Shown in pieces: positions 1 to 11,600 of a DNA stretch of 35,664 nucleotides. How positions within the stretch are numbered: the first letter of the stretch is position 1; every line of letters starts with the position of its first letter. This DNA comes from Folioceros fuciformis (taxonomy: Eukaryota). The DNA lies in contig JBNGIO010005642.1 of assembly GCA_049999805.1 (NCBI GenBank), positions 108,447 to 144,110 of the forward strand. The letters run 5' to 3'. A program made the translations under genes and the position numbers. The notes under the pieces are model-generated. The model did no database searches, was not told the DNA's origin, and worked only from the letters and a program-made list of their open reading frames with translations.

Positions 1-1972
1 ATGCTGATTCTGACTATAGGCCTACTGTGCCGATAAGATTTCCAGTTTCAACACACTCTGATGAGGAAACCAAGATTGTGAGCCTTGGTTCTTTTGCTAT
101 TCCTTGTACCCCTCTGTGGTATAAGTGCCCTTACACCCATCTGAAGATGATGTGAGTGAGGATAGAGCACTGCCGCGAGTATCAGTGCCATGTGGTTAGC
201 TTTTACAGTAAGTGTTCCCTGTCTACTTTTATGTCAGCATCCCCATTGCTTTCTTCTCATAGTTCTCTAACAAGCTCCCACTTGCCTTGCAAGATCTGAA
301 CTAAGGCTGGAGGAAGAGCACAGCCTTGAGACTGAGGAGAGGATCTCCTACATGGAGCGTAGGAAGAGAAACTCTCCAAGATCGGATGAGAGCTTCACCA
401 CTCCTTCCGAACATGATCCTGATTCCTCTGAGCCTGATTACTTTGGCAGTCGTGCAAGTGTGGCTATAAATAGTGTGGAAGAAAACAGCGTAGACTGGGG
501 ATATGATTGGTAGTTTGGGTCACTAAACTGCAGGACTGAGGAAGTCATTCGGCTTCCCCATTTCTAAACATTTCATGTGCCTCTCGTGCAGCTCCCTACC
601 TAGGGCTTTTGTCATAATATCTGCTGGATTTTCTGCTGTTGGCACATACTCAAGTATAACCTGTCCACTCTTAATCAAGTCTCTGATGAAATGATACTCC
701 ACCTCAACGTGTTTTGTCCGTGAGTGATGCACAGGGTTTTGTGCAAGGTTTATAGAACCCTGACTGTCTGTTTTGATCACTGTGCAGGTGGGGAGAGGTA
801 GTCTGAGTTCACTGAAAAGCAGCTTGCACCAAGCAATTTCTTTAGAAGCGGCTGTGAGGACACGGTTCTCGGCTTCTGTGCTTGAAAGAGCAGCCGTTGG
901 TTGCTTCTTGCTGGACCAACAGATTGGTCCCCAAGCAAACATGACGATATATCAAGAGACAGATCTTCTACTGTCTATGTCACCAGCGTAGTCTGAATCA
1001 GTATATACATCTAGTTCAAGGGAGGCATCAGGTTTGTATTTGTAAACGATTCCATACTGTGCTGTCCCCTTTAAGTATCGAAATACCCTCTTAACACAAG
1101 TCCAGTGCTCCTGTGCAGGGTTTTCCAAGTATTGTGAGAGCACACTTGTGGAATATGCCACTTCAGGACGAGTAGTGTTGCTGCATATATGAGCTTTCCT
1201 ACTGCCTTGCGGTAAGGGATAGGAAGCATTTTGTCCTTTTCAGCTTGCGTTTGTGGGCTCATGGATTTGCTGAGCTTAAGTCCACTTGGTGGAGGTGTGA
1301 CTACAGGCTTTGCATCCTTGAGTCCAAGTTGGTCTACGCTATCAAGAAGGTATCTTGGTTGAGTGAGAGTTAAAACTCTTTTCTTTCAATCTCTCTGAAT
1401 ATGAATGCCAAGGCAGCTTTGTAAAGCTCCTAAGTTTGACATCTCGAACTTCTTGGATAGGAGGCCATTAATTTTTGTGATAAAGGAGGGACTGTTACAT
1501 GCGAGTATCAAGTCGTCCACATACACAGCAAGATAACATACAGTGTCTCCAGCCTTGTAGACATATAGGCTACCGTCTGAAACACATTTGATGAAGCCTA
1601 AAGCTCGCAGTTCCTCATCTAAAACTGCATTCCATTCAAGAGCTGACTGTTTTAAACCATACAGGGTCTTGATTAGGCGAAGAACATGGTCCTCTTTTCC
1701 CTTTACTACGTAGCCCATTGGTTGCTGCATATAGATTTCAGTATCCAGCTTGCCATGTAAGAAGGCTGTTTTGACGTCAAACATTTCCAACTCATAGTCA
1801 TGGTGTGCTGCTACTGCGCAGAGAACACGAAACGTGGCTAGTTTCACCACAGGAGCATAAGTTTCCAGATAATCCAGACCTGGTACTTGGGAGAAGCCAC
1901 GAGCAACGAGTCTGGCTTTGTACCTGTCAAAGGTACCATCTGCTTTAACCTTGAGTTTAAATACCCATTTAC

Positions 1973-2071
1973 NNNNNNNNNNNNNNNNNNNNNNNNNNNN
2001 NNNNNNNNNNNNNNNNNNNNNNNNNNNNNNNNNNNNNNNNNNNNNNNNNNNNNNNNNNNNNNNNNNNNNNN
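1973..2071. other. Assembly gap (~99 N) inside the copia RT
   Basis: Run of N characters. Confidence 1.
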
Positions 2072-5000
2072 NTCAGACTGAACGGCCTTTTTCCACTCTG
2101 CAGCATCTGGCCTACTCATAGCTTCTTCATAGGTGCGAGGCTCTGTAGGGTCCAAACTCATAGCATTAGCACGTGCTGAACTTGACCTGAAATCATGTGA
2201 TTGATAGTAATCAGGTGCACGTCTTTCTCTTGCAGGGTATCGACGTTCAGGTGGGGGTTCAGGATGTGGTAGTTGTTCAACTGCATCAGCGTCATCATCA
2301 CTCTCCAGAACAACGGCTACATCGTCTGCAACGTCATCATCATCTGGATCTGGTATGTTTGGTTGTAGCTCAACAGCAATGGGAGGTTGCTGCTGCTGCT
2401 CATCAAGGTCAACAAAGGCATCGTCCTCTGCTGGGTCAACTGGATTAACTTGATTATCATGCTCATCCCCCCATGCAGGAGCAATCTCCGCACGTGTTGA
2501 GTCATCAAAGAAAGTGATATTGGGGAGAACAGACAGATCATCACTATCATCTGGAGGTGTTCCCACTGGCGTCCAAACACGTCCTTCGTCAAAGGTAACG
2601 CTTCGTGCATTTATCACCTTGTTCTGAGGGACATCATACAGTTTATAAGCTTTTATGCCCTCAGTGTAGCCTATCATAAGGAGTTTTCTGGCTTTTGCAG
2701 ATAGCTTCTTACGCTTCTCCTTCGGGATGAAAGCATAAGCAATACAACCAAAGGTTCGAAGATGAAGGATAGACGATTTCCTGCCAAAGAAAGCCTCATA
2801 TGGCGTCTGACCTACAACTGCAGTGGTAGGTAATCTATTTCGTAAATACACAGCTGTCATTAGGGCCTCAGCCCAATAGGGCAATGGTAAGGTAGTCTGA
2901 TGCAGCAAGGAGGAAACCATCTCCTGCAAAGTCAAATTCAGGTGCTCTGCAACGCCATTTTGCTGTGGTGTATACACGACGGTGAGTTGGCGCCCAATAC
3001 CCTCCTTTGCACAATATGTTTGAAATTCGTTAGATGTGAATTCTCCTCAGTTATCTGAGCGGAGGGTCTTGAGCTGTTGTCCTGTCCATCTCTCAACAAA
3101 TTTTAAATAAGTTTTGAATTGAGAGAAGGCTTCACTTTTGGCCTTCAAGATATAAGCCATGACAAACCTTGTCTTGTCATCAGTGAAGGTTAGGAAATAC
3201 TTGCCACCACCTATGGAAGGCTGTGATAGTGGCCCACAAATATCAGTGTGGACTAGCTCGAGGACATCAGAGGCTCTGTGTGGGGTCCTGTTTTTGAAGG
3301 CTGCTTGGTGACGCTTAGATAACACACAAGCTTCACACAGAGGTAAGATAGGAAGAGTGCCAATCTTTCCATCATAGTATAGGTCACTGGTAGCCAGTTT
3401 TTGCAGCTTAGCACCATGTGGATGACCTAACCTATTGTGCCATAATATGGCTTTGTCTGTTTGATGTAAAGGTGAGAGGTCACCTTGTGACGTGAAGTGG
3501 GACTGGACAGGGATACTGTGCAAGTGAAGTCGGAATAGATCATGGTCAGAAGATCCATAAGCTAAGACCTTACGATGATCAAATGCATCAAGGATCTGGC
3601 ACTCTGTGGGGGTAAACAGAATGTGACTGTTGTTGTCTATGTTCAGTTGCCTGACAGAAATGAGGTTCCTAGTCATTCCAGGCACATAGTAAACATTGGT
3701 AAGGGACAGTTTTAGCCCTGAAGGCACAGGAAGGAACATTGTGCCCTTTCCTGGAGATACCAATGCCCTGTCATCACCTAAATAGACAAACTGATCCTTT
3801 ACTTGTCTGTAGGTGGAGAAGGCACTTCTATCAAAGCAAAGGTGCGCTGTTGCACCTGTGTCTAAGTACCACTCTTGAAATGGTCTAGACTCTGCTATGG
3901 CAGATAAGCATGTGGGAAAGACTAGAGGTTGAGCAAACTTCCTTACCCCTACTGTCAGGGCGGAAGGAGAGGATTGCTTCTTTACTACGACGTGTGTTTC
4001 AGCATTCGCATTGCCCTCCTTGCGAGGTATGCCAGCTTGCTTCTTACGACATTCGTTTTCCAATGGCCGGGAATTTTGCACCAGTTGCATTTCCCGGTCT
4101 TCTTGGGTTTCTTCTGTGAGGAAGCTCCCTGTGAGATCCTTGCAATAGGTGTAGTATTTTTGCCTCTAGGGTATGGTTTGTTTCCTCTGCCCTTGTTTGA
4201 GGTGTAGAGTGCTTGCTGTTTCCCATGCTTAGGTCCACCTCTCGTGGCTTCTTCTTGAAGAAGTGCTCCCACTAACTCAGAAAAGGTCATGGGAGGTAGC
4301 TTGATCCTGGCTGCAGATGCCAGTTTCTGAGCTTGTGCCTATGAGGTGTTATAAGAAGTCACAAAATTTGACCAGGAGGCAGGTAATGAAAGCATTAAAT
4401 AGAGTGCTAACATATCTTCCTTGATGGCTTCGTGTGTTGTTCCTTCCAACTAAGAAACAAGATGTCTGAAAGTAGCAATGTGCTTTTCTACTGAGTCACC
4501 ATCTCGCATCTTGCAGAGTTGAAGGTTTTTGAGGGCTGCCATCTGACTGGTTGAATTTCTACCAGAGTAAAGCTCACGAAGTCTAGACCAAATATCTGAT
4601 GCAGATACGGCTCCTAAAGTGTGCCTCAACATTTCAGAGGTTAGGCCACACCGTATCATGTACATGGCTGCGTCATTTCTGACTGTCCATGCCTTGACAG
4701 TTGCTGCATCATCTGTATCTAACTCATCATTTCCGGTTGTTACATCCCAGAGTCCTCTATTCTGAAGAGCACCCTGCATCCTCATTACCCACATATCGTA
4801 ATTCTCCCTTCCGAACCTGTCCTTTTCCTTAAACATGTCACTGCCTATGTTATAGGACAGTTTGGGTGTGGTATCTTCGTCACCCATGTTTGTAGGATTT
4901 AATAGACACTAATCTGTGTAGTTGTAACCTGTGTTGTGCAGGTTAATCACAACAGAGTTCTAGGAACAAATGTTAGGGGACAAATGATACCTGGTTCATG

Positions 5001-5164
5001 AAGACATCAGCAATCACAGAACATAAATAGGGTTTGAAACTCTGCACTGTGCTGCTGTTAAACTAATTTCTAGTTTTAAATGCCTCATCTTCCACTTATT
5101 GTTTGTGTGGGTGGAGTATGATGGGCAACAATTGGGTGCATCAAACCTGTGACTTCTGTTCGTC

Positions 5165-5719
5165 TTATTTGTATGCCTGTGTAAGGCTCCAGAATGAGGA
5201 ATTAGCAAGCAAATGTGATCTCGACAAAGTCAACAATTTGAAATTCAGGTGAGAGATTTGTTCTTTCAAACTTTGAATACCAACACTAGACTCAATAAGG
5301 CGCCGAATGACACTGCCATGATTTCTTTTTATGTGGTTTTGATATGATTCAAGCCTGGTTAGTAACTGAAAAATCCCTGTGTCTGATGCAGCATGTGTTG
5401 TGAGAAGTCCCCTATGATTAGGGTTACCACCAGAAGATCGCTGCAATCGCACCACTTGTGGAATCGATTGTCTGGGAAAGTAAGGAGCAAAAGTCAAATA
5501 TCTCTGACCAGGGTAGAGAGTCTCCACTATTGTATTGAAGGCCTCCTGTAGGTTTCTGCAGAGTTCAGGCAGATCTTGATTGCGCAACAGCCATGTCACA
5601 ATGTGTTGATGGATGTACTCCACAAGATTGTGCCTGTTTTGATTTCCATTTTGCTCCCTCTTGTTGTTGTTTGCACGCTCAACCGGAACGCAGCAGACAT
5701 TGTTTCCATTGGTAGCCAT
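5165..5719 (-). CDS. Uninterrupted 184-aa ORF of unknown function between PBS and gag of the copia element
   Basis: ATG-started open frame, same strand as gag-pol, no retroelement motif recognised; C-terminal part is heptad-like. Confidence 0.5.
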   Translation of the reverse strand: MATNGNNVCCVPVERANNNKREQNGNQNRHNLVEYIHQHIVTWLLRNQDLPELCRNLQEAFNTIVETLYPGQRYLTFAPYFPRQSIPQVVRLQRSSGGNPNHRGLLTTHAASDTGIFQLLTRLESYQNHIKRNHGSVIRRLIESSVGIQSLKEQISHLNFKLLTLSRSHLLANSSFWSLTQAYK

Positions 5720-6068
5720 TTACGGCTAAATTTGTAGAAGCTTGTAAAATGCAAATTATATGCATTTCTGTAAGCTATTCTCTATAATTTACTGAAATCT
5801 ATATGCAAAATCTGATAGTTGTTCTAGTGTACCTCTGCCAGAATTGCCTAAGGCAATTTGACTAGAGATGCACTGGAACAAGATCCAGGTTTAGCACACC
5901 TCCTTATAAAATATAAAGACAATTTCTACATGAATCTTAATATGTTCTTTTCTTTTCTAAAAAAGAAACCTAATTTCCTTTTTGAAAGAAAGCAAAAGAG
6001 ACATGATTGTGCATGAAATTAAATGCACAATCTAATGTACACTCATTTGAATGTAACCTACATCAAAG

Positions 6069-6080
6069 GCTCTGATACCA
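6069..6080 (-). promoter_or_regulatory. Primer binding site complementary to tRNA-iMet
   Basis: + strand gctctgatacca = TGGTATCAGAGC on the - strand. Confidence 0.95.
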
Positions 6081-6298
6081 TAAGAAATCACATGCAGATG
6101 TAGATTTATTATAAAAATAACATTGTATATATTTTAGAAAAAGAGTGTAAGTAAAACATTAAAGCTTAAACTTAACTATTCATGAATGGGTGTGACTATT
6201 ACTAATAGTCATAACCCTAGTGAAGAGGTAAGACATTTTAAACTATACACACAATATGAAACTGGATATAATATAACCCTAATCTCATTATGCCAACA
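6081..6298 (-). repeat. Probable short (218 bp) AT-rich 5' LTR of the copia element
   Basis: On - strand starts TGTTGG (6298) and ends TTTCTTA directly abutting the PBS (TA probably a mutated CA). Partner LTR not visible. Confidence 0.6.
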
Positions 6299-6322
6299 TC
6301 AATACTCCTTCACCCAATACCT

Positions 6323-6460
6323 TGGTGGTTAATACGTCTCGCCAGTTTTATAAGCATCTGATATGTCTATACACACAATGCTTGTACCAACCCAATATCT
6401 CGGTGGTGAAAACGTCTTGCCAGTTTTATAAGCATTTGATCTGTCTATACACAATGCTTG
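6323..6460. repeat. Imperfect tandem duplication, ~78-bp period
   Basis: ggtggt..aa.acgtct.gccagttttataagcat.tgat.tgtctatacaca(ca)atgcttg occurs twice. Confidence 0.85.
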
Positions 6461-8184
6461 ATTCAGGTATGGATTTTTCACTACCCTCAAGTGATGCCCT
6501 CTTTTTGTGCTTTGCAGTTAAGCAGGTTCATATCACTCATATTTTCTTTTGGCTCAATGACATTTGTCCCTAACCTTCACTAATGATGGTTGGTGTACTT
6601 TTGTAATGTTAAAGATAATGACTACTTGTTTATTCTTGAGTTCAAGATTCAAAACCATTGAGTAGTGGGGGTTCCACCCAACTACTCTCCGGCTTTAAAT
6701 CCTACCATCTCAACCTCATCAACTACATGCCATGTAGATCGTAGAGGGTGAATAAGGCCCATGGAAAGAGTGAACAAAAAGGATAGGCTAGATCCACTTA
6801 CATCCTTAAGCTTGTCGAAAATAACTACCCTTCAAAGTGGGTTAAAGTTTTTAACATGCAATTTCAAAGTGACCCATTGAGGATACGATTTCAAGATCAT
6901 CTTCACCTCAAAAGCCTTAAACTCATAAACCCTTAAAGTAGCAAAGCGGAATTGATGTCACCAAAAGTGTGGTTGGAATTTTTCCTAAAGTTGGATGACA
7001 GTGATATTATAAGCCAACCAACTACAAGAAATCTTCCCCCACTTCAATAAGGCAGATGTTGGGGCTGGGCTTATCCATAGTAAAAAATTGATTGGCTCCC
7101 AACACTTGAGAAATTGGAAGGGTGTCATATATTGCAACCCCCCTCCCCATTGCAACCACCAAGAGAAATGACTCTAAGAACCCATTAGATTAGAAAGATC
7201 CTTTGAGGCAATGTAATCCCTCAAATGGTCGTGGAGCATCCATGATATAACGTTAATAGAAAGTCACTAGCAGGGGAAAGAGCTTGATCCAAGACAATCA
7301 TGTCTAAACAACAACAGTACTTTTCAACAAAAAAGTCTCAAATGTATGGTAAGATGAGGTTGTCCAACATAGGGTGGAGGACATGAAGGGTGTAAATCTG
7401 GCCTTCATACATTAGTGCAACTTGCTTTGGATGACAAGCCCTAATAGCTTGTGCATAATCCCTTACACAACCTAGCAAAAGATAACCCAGCCAAAACTAA
7501 TGCTTCAAACCTACCTTCCCAATGTCCTTGCAAGTACCATCCTCCTTGGCTAAGACTATCTACTTACCACCTATACATTTATCACTTATCTTTATAATTT
7601 AAAAAAATCAAGATCAAATAGAGTTTACAAAGTAAAGAAGCCTATGGTGAAGTACGAGTGTCTATCCGTTCAAGTGGTCCCATGTTCTACAGCATCCTAT
7701 CACAAGCAAGCTTCTAAAACCCTTCAAACCTGCTTTTCTTTTTTTGTTTTAAAAGAGAACACGAACCACAAGCAGAATCTATGCTTGGCAATGTGAAAGT
7801 AGGAACAAACAAGTTTGGCCGAGGAGGAGGCTTAAGAAACAAGACATAAAGAGACAAAAAGGCAGGATGATTGTGCAGTAGTCCAGGACACGAGGCAAAC
7901 TCTCAACTGGGTAGCTAGTCCCAAGTCGCCCGGGCACATACGTCGCAGCAGTATATTAGTATCGTGGTGTAGGACCTATAGGCTGATCGGTGGCGCCACA
8001 CGAAGATACGAGAGGGGACCAGTGCCGATCTAGAACTCCATTGTGTTTGAGGCCGAGGCCGAATCTAAGCTGCGCAGATCGAGGATTTGAAAAAAAAAAA
8101 AAAAACGCAAACAAATCAAATCGCGTGGCAGTGGCGCAGCCTCTAAAACTTGTCCCCAAGCGAGGAAAAGAAGACGAAAGAGAA

Positions 8185-8471
8185 ATGGCGACAACGGAGT
8201 GTGTTCTCAGTCCGGAACTTGGTGGCCCGGCGCGGGCCTTCCTTTCCTCATCCCCTTCGTCCTTCCTCCTTCCTCAGCAATCTCTTGCCGGTTTCCCGCC
8301 TGTCAGAAGATTCTATTACACCCCGCCCCGCCTCGCCTCGCCCCGCGCCGTGCCCCGCTCCGCCGCACCGCACCGCTTCTCTCCTCGCCCCGGGCTGGCA
8401 GCGTACATGCTTCGGGACTCGCATTGTCATGGTGCCGGGACATTAATGCGACAAGCTGATTGCGCAGCTCG
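8185..8471 (+). CDS. Putative first coding exon (96-aa Ser/Pro/Arg/Ala-rich extension) of the cyclopropane synthase gene
   Basis: ATG 8185 open to donor CG|GTAAAT (8472). Acceptor GGCAG|G (8662/8663) completes CGG and is in frame with ATG 8664. Confidence 0.5.
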
Positions 8472-8663
8472 GTAAATGCCGCCGGATCCGGCCTCGCATT
8501 GGCTTCCCCTGCTGCCGGATTCTTGGTTCCGCGAGGAGCCGGGCTTGGGATTTCTGGGTGCGGGGAGGAGGAGCTGAGACAGCTGCGTTGTTGGCGGTGG
8601 GCGGCAGGCGCTGGGAAGTGGATCGGAGGAGACTGGATGATTCTGGTGTGAGATTCTGGCAGG

Positions 8664-11600
8664 ATGAGAGTGGCAGTGGTGGGCGCCGGGGTTGCGGGCC
8701 TGGCTGCTGCCTACACGCTTGCGCGAGCCGGCGCCAGTGTGGTGCTGTATGAGAAGGAGAGCTACCTGGGAGGGCATGCCCGAACCGTGAGAGTGGATGG
8801 GGTGGACGTGGATGTCGGGTTCATGGTGTTCAACCGGGTACGCGACGATGAGGCAATGAGGTTGCTCAGGCTGTTGGTTTAGTGATGCTTGTGGTCACAA
8901 TTTTTCGTCTGGCTTGTGTGCAGGTCACGTATCCCAACATGCTGTCTCTGTTTGACGAACTGGACGTGGAGACTGAGGAGTCCGACATGTCCTTCTCCGT
9001 GAGCCTGGAGAGTGGGAGGGGCTGTGAGTGGGGCAGTAAAGGGCTCGGGGGACTGTTTGCACAGAAGAGGAACGCGGTGAACCCTTTCTTCCTGCACATG
9101 ATCAAGGAGGTTGTCAGGTTTAAGGACGATGTCCTGAGGTAAGCTTCGGAGGCTGCGGATTGGAACCGTGTGTGGGTCTGTAAGTGTGGACTGCAAGTTT
9201 TCTGGAAACGGCGACAATGTGGGCTGTTGTTGTCCTTGCCCCAGGTACCTGGAGAGGTTGGAGAATCAGGACGTGACGATTGACAGGAATCAGACGCTGG
9301 GTGGCTTTCTTCATTCGCATGGCTATTCCCAGAAGTTCAGAGACTGCTATTTTGTGAGTGATCGCTGTCTGTGGATTGACGTTTGATGTGTCTCGCCAGA
9401 TTTGAGTTTTGTTACTGTGTGGGTAATGCGGCTTCATAACCTGTATGGATGCCCGGCAGATTCCTGTCTGTGCGTCGATATGGTCCTGCTCTTCCCAGAC
9501 TGTGGTGAACTTCTCCGCAGCTTCGGTTCTTACCTTTTGCCGGAACCATCATCTTCTCCAGGTGAGAGTGGCCATGAGATTTACAGGTGCAGGAATTAGG
9601 CATGTCCTGCGCGCTGGTATTTGCTGAACGTTAGCAATCCTGTTGTTCAGATTTTCGGTCGGCCCCAGTGGCTCACTGTCAAAGACAGGTCAGAGACTTA
9701 CGTCAACAAGGTTGGTGATGTTGTGCGAATGTTTGATGACGGCAGCTGGGCCAATGCGAGTTCAGCAACTGTTGTGGCCGTACCATGTCTTCTTTGGAGT
9801 GACATCATGCCTTGCATGGCAGATCGCTTCAATTCTCGACAGTCTGGGCGGTGAAGTCAGAACACAGTCTAACGTCGTGCATGTGTCGAGCACTGGAGAA
9901 GGTGATCCCTTCAACCCTGTTTGTCGGGCTCGGCACAGCCTTGTTCCCTTCCCACTCAGAAGAATCATTACATGTTGCAGGTGTGGAAGTTGTTGACGAC
10001 AAGGGCAGGAGGGATGTCTTTGACAGGTGTGTGGTCGCAGCCCATGCCCCAGATGCCCTGGCAATGCTCGGGGAGAGCGCCACGTTTCAGGAGCGCAGCA
10101 TTCTCGGAGCTTTCCAGTACAGTCCTAGGTAATCGTTGCAGATGGGCAGTTGCATCATGTTTTCCTTCACAGACGGAGGATTTGCTAACTTGTGCGATGT
10201 CCATCACTGCAGTGATATCTACCTGCATCGTGATGACAAGTTGATGCCAAAGAATCCTGCTGCATGGTGTGCTTGGAACTTTCTGGGAGAAGCGGGCGGA
10301 CGAGTTTGTGCGACCTACTGGTTGAACACGTTGCAGGTGCTTCAATCTTCCAGCTTCTTCTGCTGCTGTTTTGTCCTGTTTCGTGGCCTGCTCCTGTGCC
10401 AATTGTCTCGTCGGCCTTCGCTCCACAGAATCTGGGAGATACAGGACGCCCGATACTTGTGACGCTAAATCCACCAATCCTTCCTCAGCACGTCGTGACA
10501 ACATGGCAAACAAGCCACCCGATTCCATCTCCGGCCGCTGTCACTGCGTCACAACGCCTGGAAGAGATACAGGGCAAGAGACAAATTTGGTTTTGTGGTG
10601 CTTACCAAGGTAACATGCTCTTTGCCCACGGATCTGCCCCAATCAAGGACCCTGCAGCCCCTGACGTCCTCAGCTGGTTCTGTGCATGCTTCCAGGCTAC
10701 GGCTTCCATGAGGACGGCCTCAAGGTACTGTGAATGCTGTAAGTTGCTTCCCTTTTAGGAAACCAGGCTATCAACTGACGCGTGTTGGTGCAGGCGGGAT
10801 TGGCAGCAGCAAACGGTCTGATGGGGCGAAAGTTCGAGGCTTTGAAAGATGCGAAGCAAATGGTCGTCTCATGGACGGAATTCGCAGCGCGCCTCGCTGT
10901 TATCACTTTCTTGCGGACCTTTGTCCAAACAGGACATCTCCAGTGAGTAAATGCTGCCTGGATCTGGGGTGTCAACTTGAGGTTTGCACCATTGTTGAGG
11001 TTTGTTCTCTCTTGTAGATTGTTGGAAGATGGGGGAACGGTTGTGGATTTCGTTGGAGGCGAGAAGGGTTGCAACGTGAAGTGCATCCTGCGTGTGCACA
11101 GTCCTGCATTCTATTGGAAGGTACGATTCAGAATCTGGCATTTCAGCTTTCATGTTGTGGATTTCGATCATAACTGATTGTGAAATACGTGCTATATGCG
11201 GCACCTGAATGTCCCCTGGCATCTGGATCGTGGAGCAGGTGGCATCCAGGGCAGATTTGGGACTTGCTGATGCGTTCATCGACGGCGATATGTCCCCTGT
11301 AGACCCGAGGAATGGCCTTTACAATCTTTTTGTGGTAACTCTCTAATATCTCCTGCTGCGCCCGGATTCGTCCAGCATTAATCAAATGACACAAGCTTTC
11401 GTTTGTTCCCAGATCCTGATCGCCAACAGGGATTTTACCAAACTTGCGGCACCTCAGCAGAACAGCAGGTCAAATTCTCCTTTCTGGCATCTTACTTGCA
11501 CGGCATCGATCTCAACCTTGTCGACATGTCTCTGCAGGGGGTGGTGGAGTCCTGTGATTCTAACCTCATTAGTTGGTTCAACTGTATCATATCTGCGACA

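Larger units (their letters stand above)
523..6298 (-). mobile_element. Degenerate Ty1/copia LTR retrotransposon (5' LTR, PBS, gag-protease-integrase-RT-RNaseH); 3' LTR not in window
   Basis: Domain order on - strand: Gag (4450-4887, with Zn knuckle CNWCKIPGH near 4050-4090), protease WYLDTGATAH, GAG-pre-integrase LWHNRLGH, integrase VHTDICGP/QQNGVAE, RT (DVKTAFLHG, LYGLKQS, YVDDL), RNase H (YTDSDYAG, WSSKKQ, ADIMTK). Broken by stops (e.g. 4450, 3047, 1386) and frameshifts. Confidence 0.95.

Noticed and set aside
1844-2080. Apparent frameshift between integrase and RT ORFs of the copia element
   Set aside because: It coincides with the N gap, whose length is a placeholder; CKWVFK resumes right after it in the RT frame.
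6600-7700. AT-rich intergenic block possibly TE-derived
   Set aside because: No ORF, terminus or motif I can support.
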